Positions 55,575 to 64,000 of a stretch of DNA of 64,000 nucleotides are shown here, piece by piece. Below the pieces are notes generated by a model. It had not been told where the DNA came from, made no database searches, and worked only from the letters and a program-made list of their open reading frames with translations. This DNA comes from Candidatus Magasanikiibacteriota bacterium (GTDB lineage Bacteria; Patescibacteriota; Patescibacteriia; Magasanikbacterales; GWA2-37-8), in contig CAWDHY010000002.1 of the NCBI GenBank assembly GCA_963802255.1, forward strand, positions 4,867 through 68,866, in the 5' to 3' direction. The position numbers were made by a program, and so were the translations under genes. Each line of letters starts with the position of its first letter. The first letter of the stretch is position 1.

Positions 55575-57374
55575 TTACTTTTTATATTTATTACTTTGCA
55601 AAGCACCATCCGCCTTTACACGGCGCCTGACTAATATTTTACTTTTATTTTTTGGATAAAATTTTGTATGCAATATCGAATGTTTTTTACCGATATTTTT
55701 AAAATACTTATCATAGGCTTCAATTACGGAAGGGTTTTCATGTGCCATCCGAATTTTTTTCTCACCATCAATTATATATAGCGACGAAGCACGCCGTTCA
55801 CGTATGGCGTTATCAACCGGCATTGATTGACCACCTCCTCCGATACATCCGCCCGGACAAGCCATCACCTCTATAAAGTCATACGCCGCAGGATCCTTCT
55901 TTAATTCGTCTAAAATTATTCGTGCGTTTTTTATCATATTGGTCACAACAACTCTAAGTTCGGTACGCACTCCTTTCGCGGTTTTTAACGGTTCCGGAAG
56001 CTTTATTACCGCCCGCTTTATCCCGTCTAAGCCACGGACATTTTTAAACAAATTATAATTTTTTAAATTCTTTCCGGTTAAAATCCAATAGGCTGTTCTT
56101 AAGGCTGACTCCATCACTCCGCCTGATGCGCCATAAATTACGCCGGCGCCGGAAGGATCACCAAACGGATTATCGGCTGGTAACTGCTTAATTTTCTTCA
56201 GATCAATTTTTTTATTTAATAGCCAACGCGACAATTCGCGGGTCGTAATTACAATATCTACCGGCTTCAGTCCGTTTATTTTAAACTCCGGCCTTTCAAT
56301 CTCATATTTTTTTGATGTGCAGGGCATAACAGACACTGAAACAATTTTTTTCGGATCGATTTTAGCTTTCTCGGCCCAATATGTCTTCACCAATCCCCCA
56401 AGCATAATTTCCGGCGAACGTGCCGTGCTCAAGTGTTTTACATAATTCGGATGGTTAAATTCCATAAACATTACCCAAGACGGACAACAAGATGTAAATA
56501 TCGGTAAATTTTCCCCTTTCCTGATTCTTTCAACCGCCTCTGCCGCCTCTTCCATTGTGGTAAAATCTGCTGCCGATGATGTATCAAAAACATAATTAAA
56601 CCCCAAAGAACGCAATCCGGCGGTTAATTGGCCTGTGGCCGCGGCGCCATATGGCAAGCCAAGCTCTTCACCAATTGAAACCCTGATTGAAGGGGCAAAT
56701 TGCACGATAACAATATTATCTTTTTGTTTCAATAATTTTTCCAATTTTTCAATATTTTTATATTCACCGGCGGACTTAATCGCGCCGGCCGGGCAATGAA
56801 CTATGCATTGGCCACAGGCAATGCAATCTCTATTCTTATCCATCGAAGGCTTGATACCAATTTCAGAGCCCTTATTGTCTATCTCCAAATATTCAACCGG
56901 ACATACTTCCACACAATTTCGGCAGTCAATACACTTTGTCTGATCAAAAACAATCGGGCCAAACTCATAAATCGGACGCTTAATTTTACGGTCCTCAAAG
57001 CGAAGCATTTTTGAATTTAGCTCTTTTCGATACTTGAGCAAATCACAACGTGAATTCCACACGCATACAGAACAATCTTCAACATGTTCGCCAAAAATTA
57101 ATTCCAAATTAAATTTACGCGACCTTTTTATAGCCGGTGAATTAGTGATAATTTCCATCTCCGGCACAACATAAGTTGAACAGGCCGTAACAAGCGAACG
57201 CATGCCCTTCACACTGACCACGCACATCCGGCAGTTCGCACGCACATCCAGGTCCGGATGCTGACAAAGATGTGGAATGTCAATATTGGCCCGTAAAGCC
57301 GATTGTAAAATAGTTTCACCTTCAAAGGCATCAATTTTTTTCCCATCAATTTTAATTTGGAATTTTTTCGGCAT
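55575..57374 (-). CDS. hydA: [FeFe]-hydrogenase catalytic subunit
   Basis: N-terminal 2Fe-2S and 4Fe-4S Cys clusters plus the H-cluster motifs L1 TSCCPSW, L2 MPCTSKKYE and L3 EVMACPGGCIGGGGQ; 599 aa. Confidence 0.85.
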   Translation of the reverse strand: MPKKFQIKIDGKKIDAFEGETILQSALRANIDIPHLCQHPDLDVRANCRMCVVSVKGMRSLVTACSTYVVPEMEIITNSPAIKRSRKFNLELIFGEHVEDCSVCVWNSRCDLLKYRKELNSKMLRFEDRKIKRPIYEFGPIVFDQTKCIDCRNCVEVCPVEYLEIDNKGSEIGIKPSMDKNRDCIACGQCIVHCPAGAIKSAGEYKNIEKLEKLLKQKDNIVIVQFAPSIRVSIGEELGLPYGAAATGQLTAGLRSLGFNYVFDTSSAADFTTMEEAAEAVERIRKGENLPIFTSCCPSWVMFMEFNHPNYVKHLSTARSPEIMLGGLVKTYWAEKAKIDPKKIVSVSVMPCTSKKYEIERPEFKINGLKPVDIVITTRELSRWLLNKKIDLKKIKQLPADNPFGDPSGAGVIYGASGGVMESALRTAYWILTGKNLKNYNLFKNVRGLDGIKRAVIKLPEPLKTAKGVRTELRVVVTNMIKNARIILDELKKDPAAYDFIEVMACPGGCIGGGGQSMPVDNAIRERRASSLYIIDGEKKIRMAHENPSVIEAYDKYFKNIGKKHSILHTKFYPKNKSKILVRRRVKADGALQSNKYKK

Positions 57375-57378
57375 AATT

Positions 57379-57897
57379 CTATATACGCTTAATCGTTTTT
57401 AAAAATATAAAAGCGATCAGACTGCCGGCGGCAGCTGAATAAAGCTGATTCCAGGACATCATTAAGGCCATAGCCCCGGCAAGCGTTTGGCCGAGGAAAA
57501 AAACAAACATAATTTTGCTGGCTGTGAAAAGAAAAATAAATTTCACCACACTGCCCACACCTGCCCCCAGCCAATAATTTTTTTGCCTTAAATAATGAAA
57601 TAAAGTGACTAAAATAATATTTCCCGCCATAATAAACGGTAAAAAAGGCAAAAAAACCATAGGCAGAAGACCTCCAAACAAAGCCATCACACTCGGCAAA
57701 AAAGACATTAGGATGCCGCTGCGCAAGCCTAACATAACAGTCACAATAATCAGTATAGCGTTGACAATCGGACCGGAAATAAATTGATTGGGAAATAACG
57801 GCGCAAGCATTATGCCGCCAAGTAAAACTAAAAAAACTCCCACCGCGTAAGCTGATTTTTCTTTTGGCACTGCCCCAACTTGTTCATTGATTGGCAT
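57379..57897 (-). CDS. Small integral membrane protein (5-6 TM; ECF S-component-like?) embedded between hydrogenase genes
   Basis: 172 aa, almost entirely hydrophobic helices. No motif recognised. Confidence 0.4.
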   Translation of the reverse strand: MPINEQVGAVPKEKSAYAVGVFLVLLGGIMLAPLFPNQFISGPIVNAILIIVTVMLGLRSGILMSFLPSVMALFGGLLPMVFLPFLPFIMAGNIILVTLFHYLRQKNYWLGAGVGSVVKFIFLFTASKIMFVFFLGQTLAGAMALMMSWNQLYSAAAGSLIAFIFLKTIKRI

Positions 57898-57903
57898 AAA
57901 AAA

Positions 57904-58890
57904 TTATTTAATACCTACTTTTTCAATAAAACTCATCATTGGCTCATACACACTTTTACCCAACGGACAAAAACTGGAATCTCTCATTGTTTCCAATATG
58001 GCACGCATGATAAGCCAATCTGGTTTTGCTTTAAGCAACTCTTCTTTTAAGCGATAAAGACCCTCGCGACACGGTGCGCATTTACCGCATGTTGACTGAT
58101 TAAAAAAATCAATCCAGCGCTTCATCAATTTACGGCCATCAGTTTTTTTAGTTCCATAAATAATTAGCGATCCGGCACCTTTCAACGGAACATCCAATTC
58201 ATCGGGTAAAAAAATTCCTCCCGCGGCACCGCCTCCAACTTGAACGAAATAGTTAAACCGTGGAACGTTTTTTGTTTTATATAAAACATGTTCGATTGTA
58301 GCCGTGCATGGTATTTCGAAAACTCCGGGATTACGAATGTCTCCACGGACAGACACAAGCCTCTTATTTTCATATTCTCCCTTTAATATTTTTGAGACGT
58401 AATAAAAAGTCTCGGCATTATTAATAAGCGTCGGGCAGCCAAATAAACCTTTCTCGGTGGGAAATGGCGGTTTTATTCTTGGTTCTGTTCTCTTTCGCTC
58501 AATCGTTTCAATTAAGGATGTCTCTTCCCCGCCAAGATACCCCCGATTTTCCGGATATAGCACTATCGGCAATTTTTTAATATAACGGCTTAGTCGTGTT
58601 TTAATTTTTTTAAAATTGTGGCTTTGAAAAAAAATATAAGCCTTCTCAGCTCCTAAAGTTTCAACTGCAGCCCGTATACCAATAATTAAATCCTCAGGAA
58701 AAAAATCTACAATATACATATCTTTTTCCACACCCGGCTCCCCTTCACTTAAATTACAGATAACATAAACCGGCTTTTTGGAATTTTCTTTTTTAGAGTT
58801 CAAAACAGATTGCCACTTTTGATAAGTCGGAAATTCAGCGCCTCCCCGGCCGGTCAGGCCGGCGGATTTAATCTTACTAATAATATCCAT
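57904..58890 (-). CDS. NuoF/HydB-like NAD(P)H-binding flavoprotein subunit, minimal form
   Basis: GLTGRGGAEFPTYQKW (NAD/FMN-site Gly-rich motif), GGEETSLIETIERKRTEPRIKPPFP, and the 4Fe-4S motif CGKCAPCREG; only 328 aa. Confidence 0.75.
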   Translation of the reverse strand: MDIISKIKSAGLTGRGGAEFPTYQKWQSVLNSKKENSKKPVYVICNLSEGEPGVEKDMYIVDFFPEDLIIGIRAAVETLGAEKAYIFFQSHNFKKIKTRLSRYIKKLPIVLYPENRGYLGGEETSLIETIERKRTEPRIKPPFPTEKGLFGCPTLINNAETFYYVSKILKGEYENKRLVSVRGDIRNPGVFEIPCTATIEHVLYKTKNVPRFNYFVQVGGGAAGGIFLPDELDVPLKGAGSLIIYGTKKTDGRKLMKRWIDFFNQSTCGKCAPCREGLYRLKEELLKAKPDWLIMRAILETMRDSSFCPLGKSVYEPMMSFIEKVGIK

Positions 58891-58978
58891 AAAATAAGTT
58901 ATATTTGTGCTTTAATTCTATCAAATTTTGGCGTTTGGAGCAAAATTTGTTTGTGCATAAAAGATGCAAACAGCATAT

Positions 58979-59008
58979 CTTGACATAAAACCGTTTTTAT
59001 GCTATTAT
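58979..59008 (+). promoter_or_regulatory. Sigma70-like promoter TTGACA-17-TATTAT with downstream AAGGAG RBS
   Basis: TTGACAtaaaaccgtttttatgcTATTAT upstream of the 59052 gene. Confidence 0.45.
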
Positions 59009-59051
59009 TTGGCGTGTTTACATCAAAACAATCAAAATCCAAGGAGAAAAA

Positions 59052-59579
59052 ATGATAGAGGAAGAACGGAATAATTGTTTCTGGCATAAATGGATCATTG
59101 TTTTCTTCGGGCTAATGGCGCTGCCTATTACCGTTAATATATCCGCCAGCGTATGGGCAAATGATTTCGGTATGACAGCACCGGAACTAATGAAAGAGTT
59201 CTACATGGTAGCGCTCTACATCATTTCAAGTTTTGTATTGTTCTTTCTCATCGGACACCTCAAGTTCCTGCCAGAAATAATTAAATTTTCTTTGCGGCTT
59301 CTGCTGGTCGTAATCGCAATTTCAGCATGTTATAATCAGATACGAATATCATACGAACTGGCGGGGGCCAAAAAGGAATTCAGCGCTGCCGCGATAATGT
59401 GCAGCGAAAAATCAAACAGGCAATTGGGGTGTCACGGAAAAATCGAACGGGTCATCGCCGAGCGTCAGTCGAAGCTTACGGCGCTCAATGCAATTGTCGT
59501 TGATGACTGGCAAGTAAAAACATCCCATGACTTAAAAGAAGTCGAGACCAGCGCCATCTACTTTTACCGTCCTTTCTAG
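59052..59579 (+). CDS. Hypothetical membrane protein (175 aa)
   Basis: AAGGAG RBS; 3-4 predicted TM helices. Confidence 0.45.
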   Translation: MIEEERNNCFWHKWIIVFFGLMALPITVNISASVWANDFGMTAPELMKEFYMVALYIISSFVLFFLIGHLKFLPEIIKFSLRLLLVVIAISACYNQIRISYELAGAKKEFSAAAIMCSEKSNRQLGCHGKIERVIAERQSKLTALNAIVVDDWQVKTSHDLKEVETSAIYFYRPF

Positions 59580-59611
59580 CCAAAACAACCAACCCGCTCT
59601 TTCACAAGACA

Positions 59612-59668
59612 GCCAACCGGCTGTCGTTTTATTTAAAACGGCACTCATGGTAGAGTGCCGTTTATTAA
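59612..59668. terminator. Two tandem hairpins between convergent genes (bidirectional termination)
   Basis: GACAGCC-AACC-GGCTGTC then AAACGGCACTC-ATGGTAG-AGTGCCGTTT. Confidence 0.55.
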
Positions 59669-59695
59669 TATTTCTCAAATACTTCGCCGTATCCT

Positions 59696-60295
59696 CTATT
59701 CTAGAATCCCATCGAGATTGACATCATATAAAATCTCTTCCGAAACAAGACGATATTTAATCAACTCATTATCATTAAACCAAATTTTAATTTCTCTTTC
59801 CGCCTCTTCGGGCTTGTCGGAGCAATGAACCAGATTTCTTACTGCCCTGTCATCCATACCGGACAAATCATATGAGTCCAGCGTTAAATCTCCGCGAATA
59901 GTGCCGACATCGGAAGTTAGCGGTTCTGTGCCGCCAACCAATTTTTTAACGATACCCACTGATTCGTTCCCCTGCCATACCATTGCAACCACCGGACCGC
60001 AAGTCATAAAATTGACTAAAGCTCGCACAATATCCTTGCCGTATTCCTTCGCCGGTTTATCAGCCGGCAATCCATTGGCCTTGCGGCTTTCAATCATCCT
60101 GGCACCTTTGCTTTCAAACCAGGCTTCGTCCTTATTATAGTGAGTCCAACACTGGTCTTCAGTCGGTATAATTAGCTTTACACCAATTAATTTAAGACCG
60201 ACATTCTCAATCCGACGAACTATCTCGCCAATCAGCGACCTCTGTACGCCGTCCGGCTTGACAATCACAAAAGTTCTTTCATTTTTATTAGCCAT
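59696..60295 (-). CDS. ndk: Nucleoside diphosphate kinase with a C-terminal extension
   Basis: TFVIVKPDGVQR, NLVHCSD(K) active-site His region; 199 aa versus ~140-150 typical. Confidence 0.85.
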   Translation of the reverse strand: MANKNERTFVIVKPDGVQRSLIGEIVRRIENVGLKLIGVKLIIPTEDQCWTHYNKDEAWFESKGARMIESRKANGLPADKPAKEYGKDIVRALVNFMTCGPVVAMVWQGNESVGIVKKLVGGTEPLTSDVGTIRGDLTLDSYDLSGMDDRAVRNLVHCSDKPEEAEREIKIWFNDNELIKYRLVSEEILYDVNLDGILE

Positions 60296-60382
60296 ATATT
60301 TAATTATTAGTTTAATGAGATTATATACGAAAACGGATAATTTATCAATAGATACGCCTGATATCTGATAATTAAGAGAAAG

Positions 60383-60742
60383 CTAATTACGTAATATTAC
60401 CCACCTGATTTTTACCGTTTTCTTTTGCCTGTCCGGCAAAATAATTATTCCGGCGGTAATTATTCCGACACCGGCTATATTTCTACGATAACAATATTCT
60501 TTTATTGCTTTTGACAGACGGTATTGTTTTAACGGGTGAATCGCGAGGTCGGTTGCCAGCTCAATATTTATGCGTGTTTTAACTTCGACAAAATAATAAT
60601 CGCCGCTTTTTTTAGCGACGATATCAATTTCACCTTGAGTTGTATGAAAATTACGGTCAATGACTGAAAAACCGCGACGCCGTAAAAAACCCACAGCCAA
60701 ATTTTCTCCCCAGTCGCCGATATTTTTATTGTGCCGCGTCAT
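60383..60742 (-). CDS. YraN/UPF0102-family predicted endonuclease
   Basis: GDWGENLAVGFLRRRGFSVIDRNF...GEIDIVA...FVEVKTR pattern. Confidence 0.75.
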   Translation of the reverse strand: MTRHNKNIGDWGENLAVGFLRRRGFSVIDRNFHTTQGEIDIVAKKSGDYYFVEVKTRINIELATDLAIHPLKQYRLSKAIKEYCYRRNIAGVGIITAGIIILPDRQKKTVKIRWVILRN

Positions 60743-60745
60743 GTT

Positions 60746-61144
60746 TTACTTAGGCAGATATTTTTCCTTTTGCGCCCTTTCGGCGTGCTCAGCCCGAATT
60801 TTTGGCAGACGAGTAATAATAAACTTCAAATTTTTTACTATCACATACAACGCGTAAGCCACAAAAAATAAGAGCCAAAATCGCCAGGCTAAAAAAGGTA
60901 CCCGCTCCTGCCGAAAAAAAAGCCACAACAAACCGAGCAGGCCGGAGGTCAATCCAACATTAGAAAAACTATTCACGATTTTCTTTTGATATTTTTCCGA
61001 CAATTGCTGCTGGATGAATTTCAAAATCAAACCGCTAAAAATGGCCACTAAAAAAATAATCACCCAAATCCACATTGTACTGCCGCGGGCAATAAAGGGC
61101 TGGTGAAACCAATAGGACCAATCAAGAATATTAGTAATATTCAT
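60746..61144 (-). CDS. Hypothetical membrane protein (132 aa, 3-4 TM)
   Basis: ORF with hydrophobic helices, tightly packed in a same-strand array. Confidence 0.45.
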   Translation of the reverse strand: MNITNILDWSYWFHQPFIARGSTMWIWVIIFLVAIFSGLILKFIQQQLSEKYQKKIVNSFSNVGLTSGLLGLLWLFFRQERVPFLAWRFWLLFFVAYALYVIVKNLKFIITRLPKIRAEHAERAQKEKYLPK

Positions 61145-61146
61145 AT

Positions 61147-61698
61147 CTATTTTTTCTTTTTAAATATTATACAAAAATGGTAGTCTCCGAGCGGCATCCG
61201 GCCGACCATCTGCAGGTTCTCTTTTAAACCCGTACTAACCAGTGCTTCTTGATCGATCATTTGTTCCGGTGTCGGGCCAATTGGTCCGACGCGCTTTAAC
61301 CAATCAATAATTATTAAATAACCGCCATCCCTGATAAGTCTCAAAGATTCTTTGATGGCTTCCGGACGTTTTTTTATCATAAACATCACATTGACAAAAA
61401 AACCGGCATCTAAACTACCCTCCGGAATTGGCGTCGCACCGACGCTTTCCAGATCCGACCAGACCACCTGAACATTATTAAAACCCTCTGAAACAGAACG
61501 GCTTTTAATGCTTTCCAGAATATCTTTCATTATGTCAATTGCGTATATTACGCCCTTGTCTCCAATAATCGGCGACATTGAAAAGATAAAATGGCCGGTT
61601 CGTCCACAGCCAAAATCAGCTACGCGCATTCCGGCGCTTAGGCCAATTTTATTAAATATCTCTGACGGATCTATTAGCGCCGTACCTGAAGTGGACAT
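61147..61698 (-). CDS. Class I SAM-dependent methyltransferase
   Basis: Motif I VADFGCGRTG and a downstream acidic motif II region. Confidence 0.7.
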   Translation of the reverse strand: MSTSGTALIDPSEIFNKIGLSAGMRVADFGCGRTGHFIFSMSPIIGDKGVIYAIDIMKDILESIKSRSVSEGFNNVQVVWSDLESVGATPIPEGSLDAGFFVNVMFMIKKRPEAIKESLRLIRDGGYLIIIDWLKRVGPIGPTPEQMIDQEALVSTGLKENLQMVGRMPLGDYHFCIIFKKKK

Positions 61699-61702
61699 AC
61701 AA

Positions 61703-61948
61703 TTATCTGATAAGCAATTTACCGATCGTACCCATTAAAAAACCGGTCATCAAATTGGTAGCGACCAGCATGCCGACAAAAATTAAAGCTAAACCAAGAA
61801 GCTTATAAAACAAACGGCTGCCACCGCTCGTACCGAGATTATTTTCTGCCCAGGCGATAGTGCCAAAATTCTGAATAAACCATTCAGTTTTGAAGATGAG
61901 CACGGTACCGGCTGCCACAAGCAGTAAACCGATAATTATGTGAAACAT
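61703..61948 (-). CDS. Small membrane protein (~81 aa, 2-3 TM)
   Basis: Start moved to the internal Met (MFHIIIGLLL) so it does not run into the tRNA-Leu gene. Confidence 0.35.
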   Translation of the reverse strand: MFHIIIGLLLVAAGTVLIFKTEWFIQNFGTIAWAENNLGTSGGSRLFYKLLGLALIFVGMLVATNLMTGFLMGTIGKLLIR

Positions 61949-61961
61949 ATTTTTTCGCTCG

Positions 61962-62045
61962 TGGGCGGGAGAGGAATTGAACCTCCATGGTCTTGCGACC
62001 GCTACCACCTCAAAGTAGTGCGTCTACCAGTTTCGCCACCCGCCC
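61962..62045 (-). tRNA. tRNA-Leu (anticodon GAG), long variable arm
   Basis: Acceptor GGGCGGG/CCCGCCC, D-arm GCG-AAACTGGTAGA-CGC, anticodon arm CTACT-TTGAGGT-GGTAG, extra arm, T-loop TTCAATT. Confidence 0.75.
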
Positions 62046-62052
62046 AAATAAT

Positions 62053-62817
62053 TTAAAACTTTCTGTCTTTTCCGACAATCATGTCTATTTTATTTTTTGC
62101 CAGTTTAATTTTTACTTTTATCTCCTTAGTGGCTTTACCATCGGCCTCAACCACAAAAGGGCTATCTCCGATTATCTCCATTTCTTCAAAGGGAAATATG
62201 CTCGGGTCTTCATATTTATACCCGAATATGCCGGTTTTTGTCAACGGCCGCAGAAATGCTTCTAATTTACCATCTTGCGGATGAACCACAAATTCTTCAG
62301 CATCTTTTTTATGACGTTTCCAATAAAAAGGCTGAAAATTACAGACTACCACTTCCATTTTGAATGGCGTTGAGACTTGAAAACGTTCGTCATAAATCAC
62401 CCTTACTTTAGCGGGTACCACATGAAGCTGTGAAACAAAATATCGATTGTTAAACCATCCGACATCAAGCTTCTGTTTGCGCCTTCTGGCCAATATACCT
62501 GAGGATTCCACTCCTTCGGGGATGCCAAGTACGTCAGCAATGGTATTATCCGGCCCAATCGGTAAAAAACCAAAAACGCAGTCGCAAGTAGCGCCGCGCG
62601 AAAGAACATGACCGAATGTCCGGTCATTTCCTACGATCACGATATTTTTAGCGCCGCGTTTAATTTCATCCTCAATTATCGGTTTCACATCAACATAATT
62701 GTTGAGACGCAGAATTTTTCCGGCTATTCCATAGTCCACCAAACGGATCTCTATTTGCTTTAATATCGATTGAAACTTTTTGCTATTTAAATAATTGTCG
62801 TAGAGGTAGACATACAT
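62053..62817 (-). CDS. Diacylglycerol-kinase-catalytic-domain lipid kinase (YegS/DagK-like)
   Basis: IVIVGNDRTFGHVL (GGDGT-like) and GFLPIGPDNTIA motifs of the DAGK_cat family. Confidence 0.7.
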   Translation of the reverse strand: MYVYLYDNYLNSKKFQSILKQIEIRLVDYGIAGKILRLNNYVDVKPIIEDEIKRGAKNIVIVGNDRTFGHVLSRGATCDCVFGFLPIGPDNTIADVLGIPEGVESSGILARRRKQKLDVGWFNNRYFVSQLHVVPAKVRVIYDERFQVSTPFKMEVVVCNFQPFYWKRHKKDAEEFVVHPQDGKLEAFLRPLTKTGIFGYKYEDPSIFPFEEMEIIGDSPFVVEADGKATKEIKVKIKLAKNKIDMIVGKDRKF

Positions 62818-62839
62818 AGCGGAGATATTTTACCTCTTT

Positions 62840-63316
62840 CTATTCTCTGCCGATTTCCATGGATAAATCATCAGTTTTTCTGGACCGGCCGGATCGCCGC
62901 GGTTCGCTGGCTTCAAGCCCCGGCATTAATACTTTTCCACAAAGCAAAGATCCTGCTTCCATAGCAATCGTTTTAGCTTCAATGTCTCCAACTACCCGGG
63001 CTGTGGCGGTTAATTCCAAATAATCTTTTATTTTCATATTTCCGCGCACTTCGCCGGCGATGGTTGCACTGCCCGCTTTGACATTTGCAATAATTTTAGC
63101 GCCCGGTTCAACCAATAAATTTTTACTCGTGTGCACGCTGCCGGTAACAGTACCTTTAACAACAATATTGCCTTCGGAAGCAAAATCTCCTTCTACATTT
63201 ACCGATGGGCCCACCACAGTATCAACATTATCGTCTGTTTGACCGGTGTCCTCATAAACTTCTTCCGCTATTTCTTCCATTTCTTCAACCGGAGCGCTTT
63301 GTCTTTTAAAAATCAT
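62840..63316 (-). CDS. Bactofilin-family cytoskeletal protein
   Basis: Repetitive beta-helix pattern (VKGTVTGSVHTSKNLLVEPGAKIIANVKAGSATIAGEVRGNMKIKD...) flanked by disordered termini. Confidence 0.75.
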   Translation of the reverse strand: MIFKRQSAPVEEMEEIAEEVYEDTGQTDDNVDTVVGPSVNVEGDFASEGNIVVKGTVTGSVHTSKNLLVEPGAKIIANVKAGSATIAGEVRGNMKIKDYLELTATARVVGDIEAKTIAMEAGSLLCGKVLMPGLEASEPRRSGRSRKTDDLSMEIGRE

Positions 63317-63414
63317 ATTTAATATATTTATATATTAGGGTTATTAATATAATACACCTTTTTAGCATTTATTAGAAGTGGCGACCCGATAATAATAAGT
63401 GGATAAATACAGAA

Positions 63415-64000
63415 TTACATTTCTTCAACTGTCTGAATATTCAATAATTCCGCGGCTTTTTCCAGGGTTTCCTTGGTGTGTAAAGAAAGAATTAAACGGG
63501 CCATTTTTTGATTGGAATTTTCCGCGTTGAGGATAGCGCATTTACTGTAGAAATCATTAAATATTTTTGCCAAATCAAAAGAATACCGAGCCAGGACTGA
63601 CGGATCGAGTTCTTCAGTGGCTGATTTTACCGCACGATCAAATTGACTTATTTTTATTATCAAACTTTTTTCCTGAATCATAGAAAGCGCTGAAAAATAT
63701 TTTTCAGAAACCGAAACTTTTTTCCCAAATTTTTTCAATATGCTGTTAATCCGCGCGATGGTATATAAAATATAAGGTCCGGTATAGCCGTCAAACGATA
63801 TTGCTTCTTTTATGTCAAATTCAACAACCTTGTCAATCGGATGCTTCAACATATCAAACTTAATAGCCGAGAGCGCTATGGTGCTGGCAACAAAATCTTT
63901 TTTAGATAATTTCCAGTCGGCGTGGCGAGCATCTATTTCATTTTGTATTTTACTAAAAACATCATTATAAATATCTTCAAATAAAATTACATTCCCGCGG
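63415..64000 (-). CDS. argS: Arginine--tRNA ligase, C-terminal (DALR anticodon-binding) portion; the 5-prime part lies beyond the window
   Basis: The reading frame is open to the window edge. The C-terminal alpha-helical domain ends ...LNIQTVEEM, as ArgRS does. Confidence 0.65.
   Translation of the reverse strand, partial: RGNVILFEDIYNDVFSKIQNEIDARHADWKLSKKDFVASTIALSAIKFDMLKHPIDKVVEFDIKEAISFDGYTGPYILYTIARINSILKKFGKKVSVSEKYFSALSMIQEKSLIIKISQFDRAVKSATEELDPSVLARYSFDLAKIFNDFYSKCAILNAENSNQKMARLILSLHTKETLEKAAELLNIQTVEEM

Noticed and set aside
57904-58890. Calling the hydrogenase an electron-bifurcating HydABC complex
   Set aside because: Only HydA-like and NuoF-like subunits are present, and no NuoE/HydC-like thioredoxin-fold 2Fe-2S subunit is in the window. 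The flavoprotein is unusually short. Coupling mode left open.
1-64000. CRISPR arrays, transposases, integrases or phage genes
   Set aside because: Looked for regularly spaced direct repeats in every intergenic region >80 nt and for transposase or integrase motifs (DDE, tyrosine recombinase R..H..RY). None seen. Intergenic regions are short and explained by promoters and terminators.

Overview
The 64 kb window looks like a contiguous chromosomal segment from a compact, gene-dense bacterial genome. Most genes lie on the minus strand, intergenic spacers are short, and the background is AT-leaning (roughly 40-45% GC by eye, with visibly GC-richer and AT-richer blocks). The gene content points to an anaerobic fermentative organism with a reduced genome. 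Key markers are an [FeFe]-hydrogenase catalytic subunit carrying the L1/L2/L3 H-cluster motifs, a NuoF-like flavoprotein, a two-subunit 2-oxoacid:ferredoxin oxidoreductase, an ADP-forming acetyl-CoA synthetase and desulfoferrodoxin. Several housekeeping genes are also very short (a 125-aa TsaB-like protein, class II alpha2-type GlyRS). Taxonomy cannot be settled from sequence alone; the features fit a CPR/Patescibacteria-like or otherwise streamlined anaerobe. Core genes identified with good confidence are secA, secD and secF, dnaX, holB, mreB, tpiA, frr, ndk, rpmG, glyQS, dusB, the C-terminal end of argS, lexA plus a Y-family polymerase, cspA, six tRNAs, and a MacAB-type efflux module with an ECF sigma factor. 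I saw no CRISPR array, transposase or integrase. The most unusual content is at about 32.1-38.5 kb. There a TraD/TrwB/VirD4-family coupling-protein-like ATPase carries an extra ~420-aa N-terminal domain that also exists as a stand-alone paralog at 43.5-44.9 kb, and its neighbour is a large membrane protein with beta-propeller-like repeats. Other points of interest are a SecD with a parvulin-type PPIase domain inserted in its periplasmic head, a Cheo-type LexA box (GAAC-N4-GTTC) sitting exactly between the -35 and -10 of the lexA promoter, a CorA-family protein lacking the GMN motif, a duplicated zinc-ribbon RGG/lysine-rich protein, and a DUF134/DUF5320/YibE-F operon next to a tRNA-rpmG cluster. 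All functional calls come from motif recognition by eye. No database search was run.
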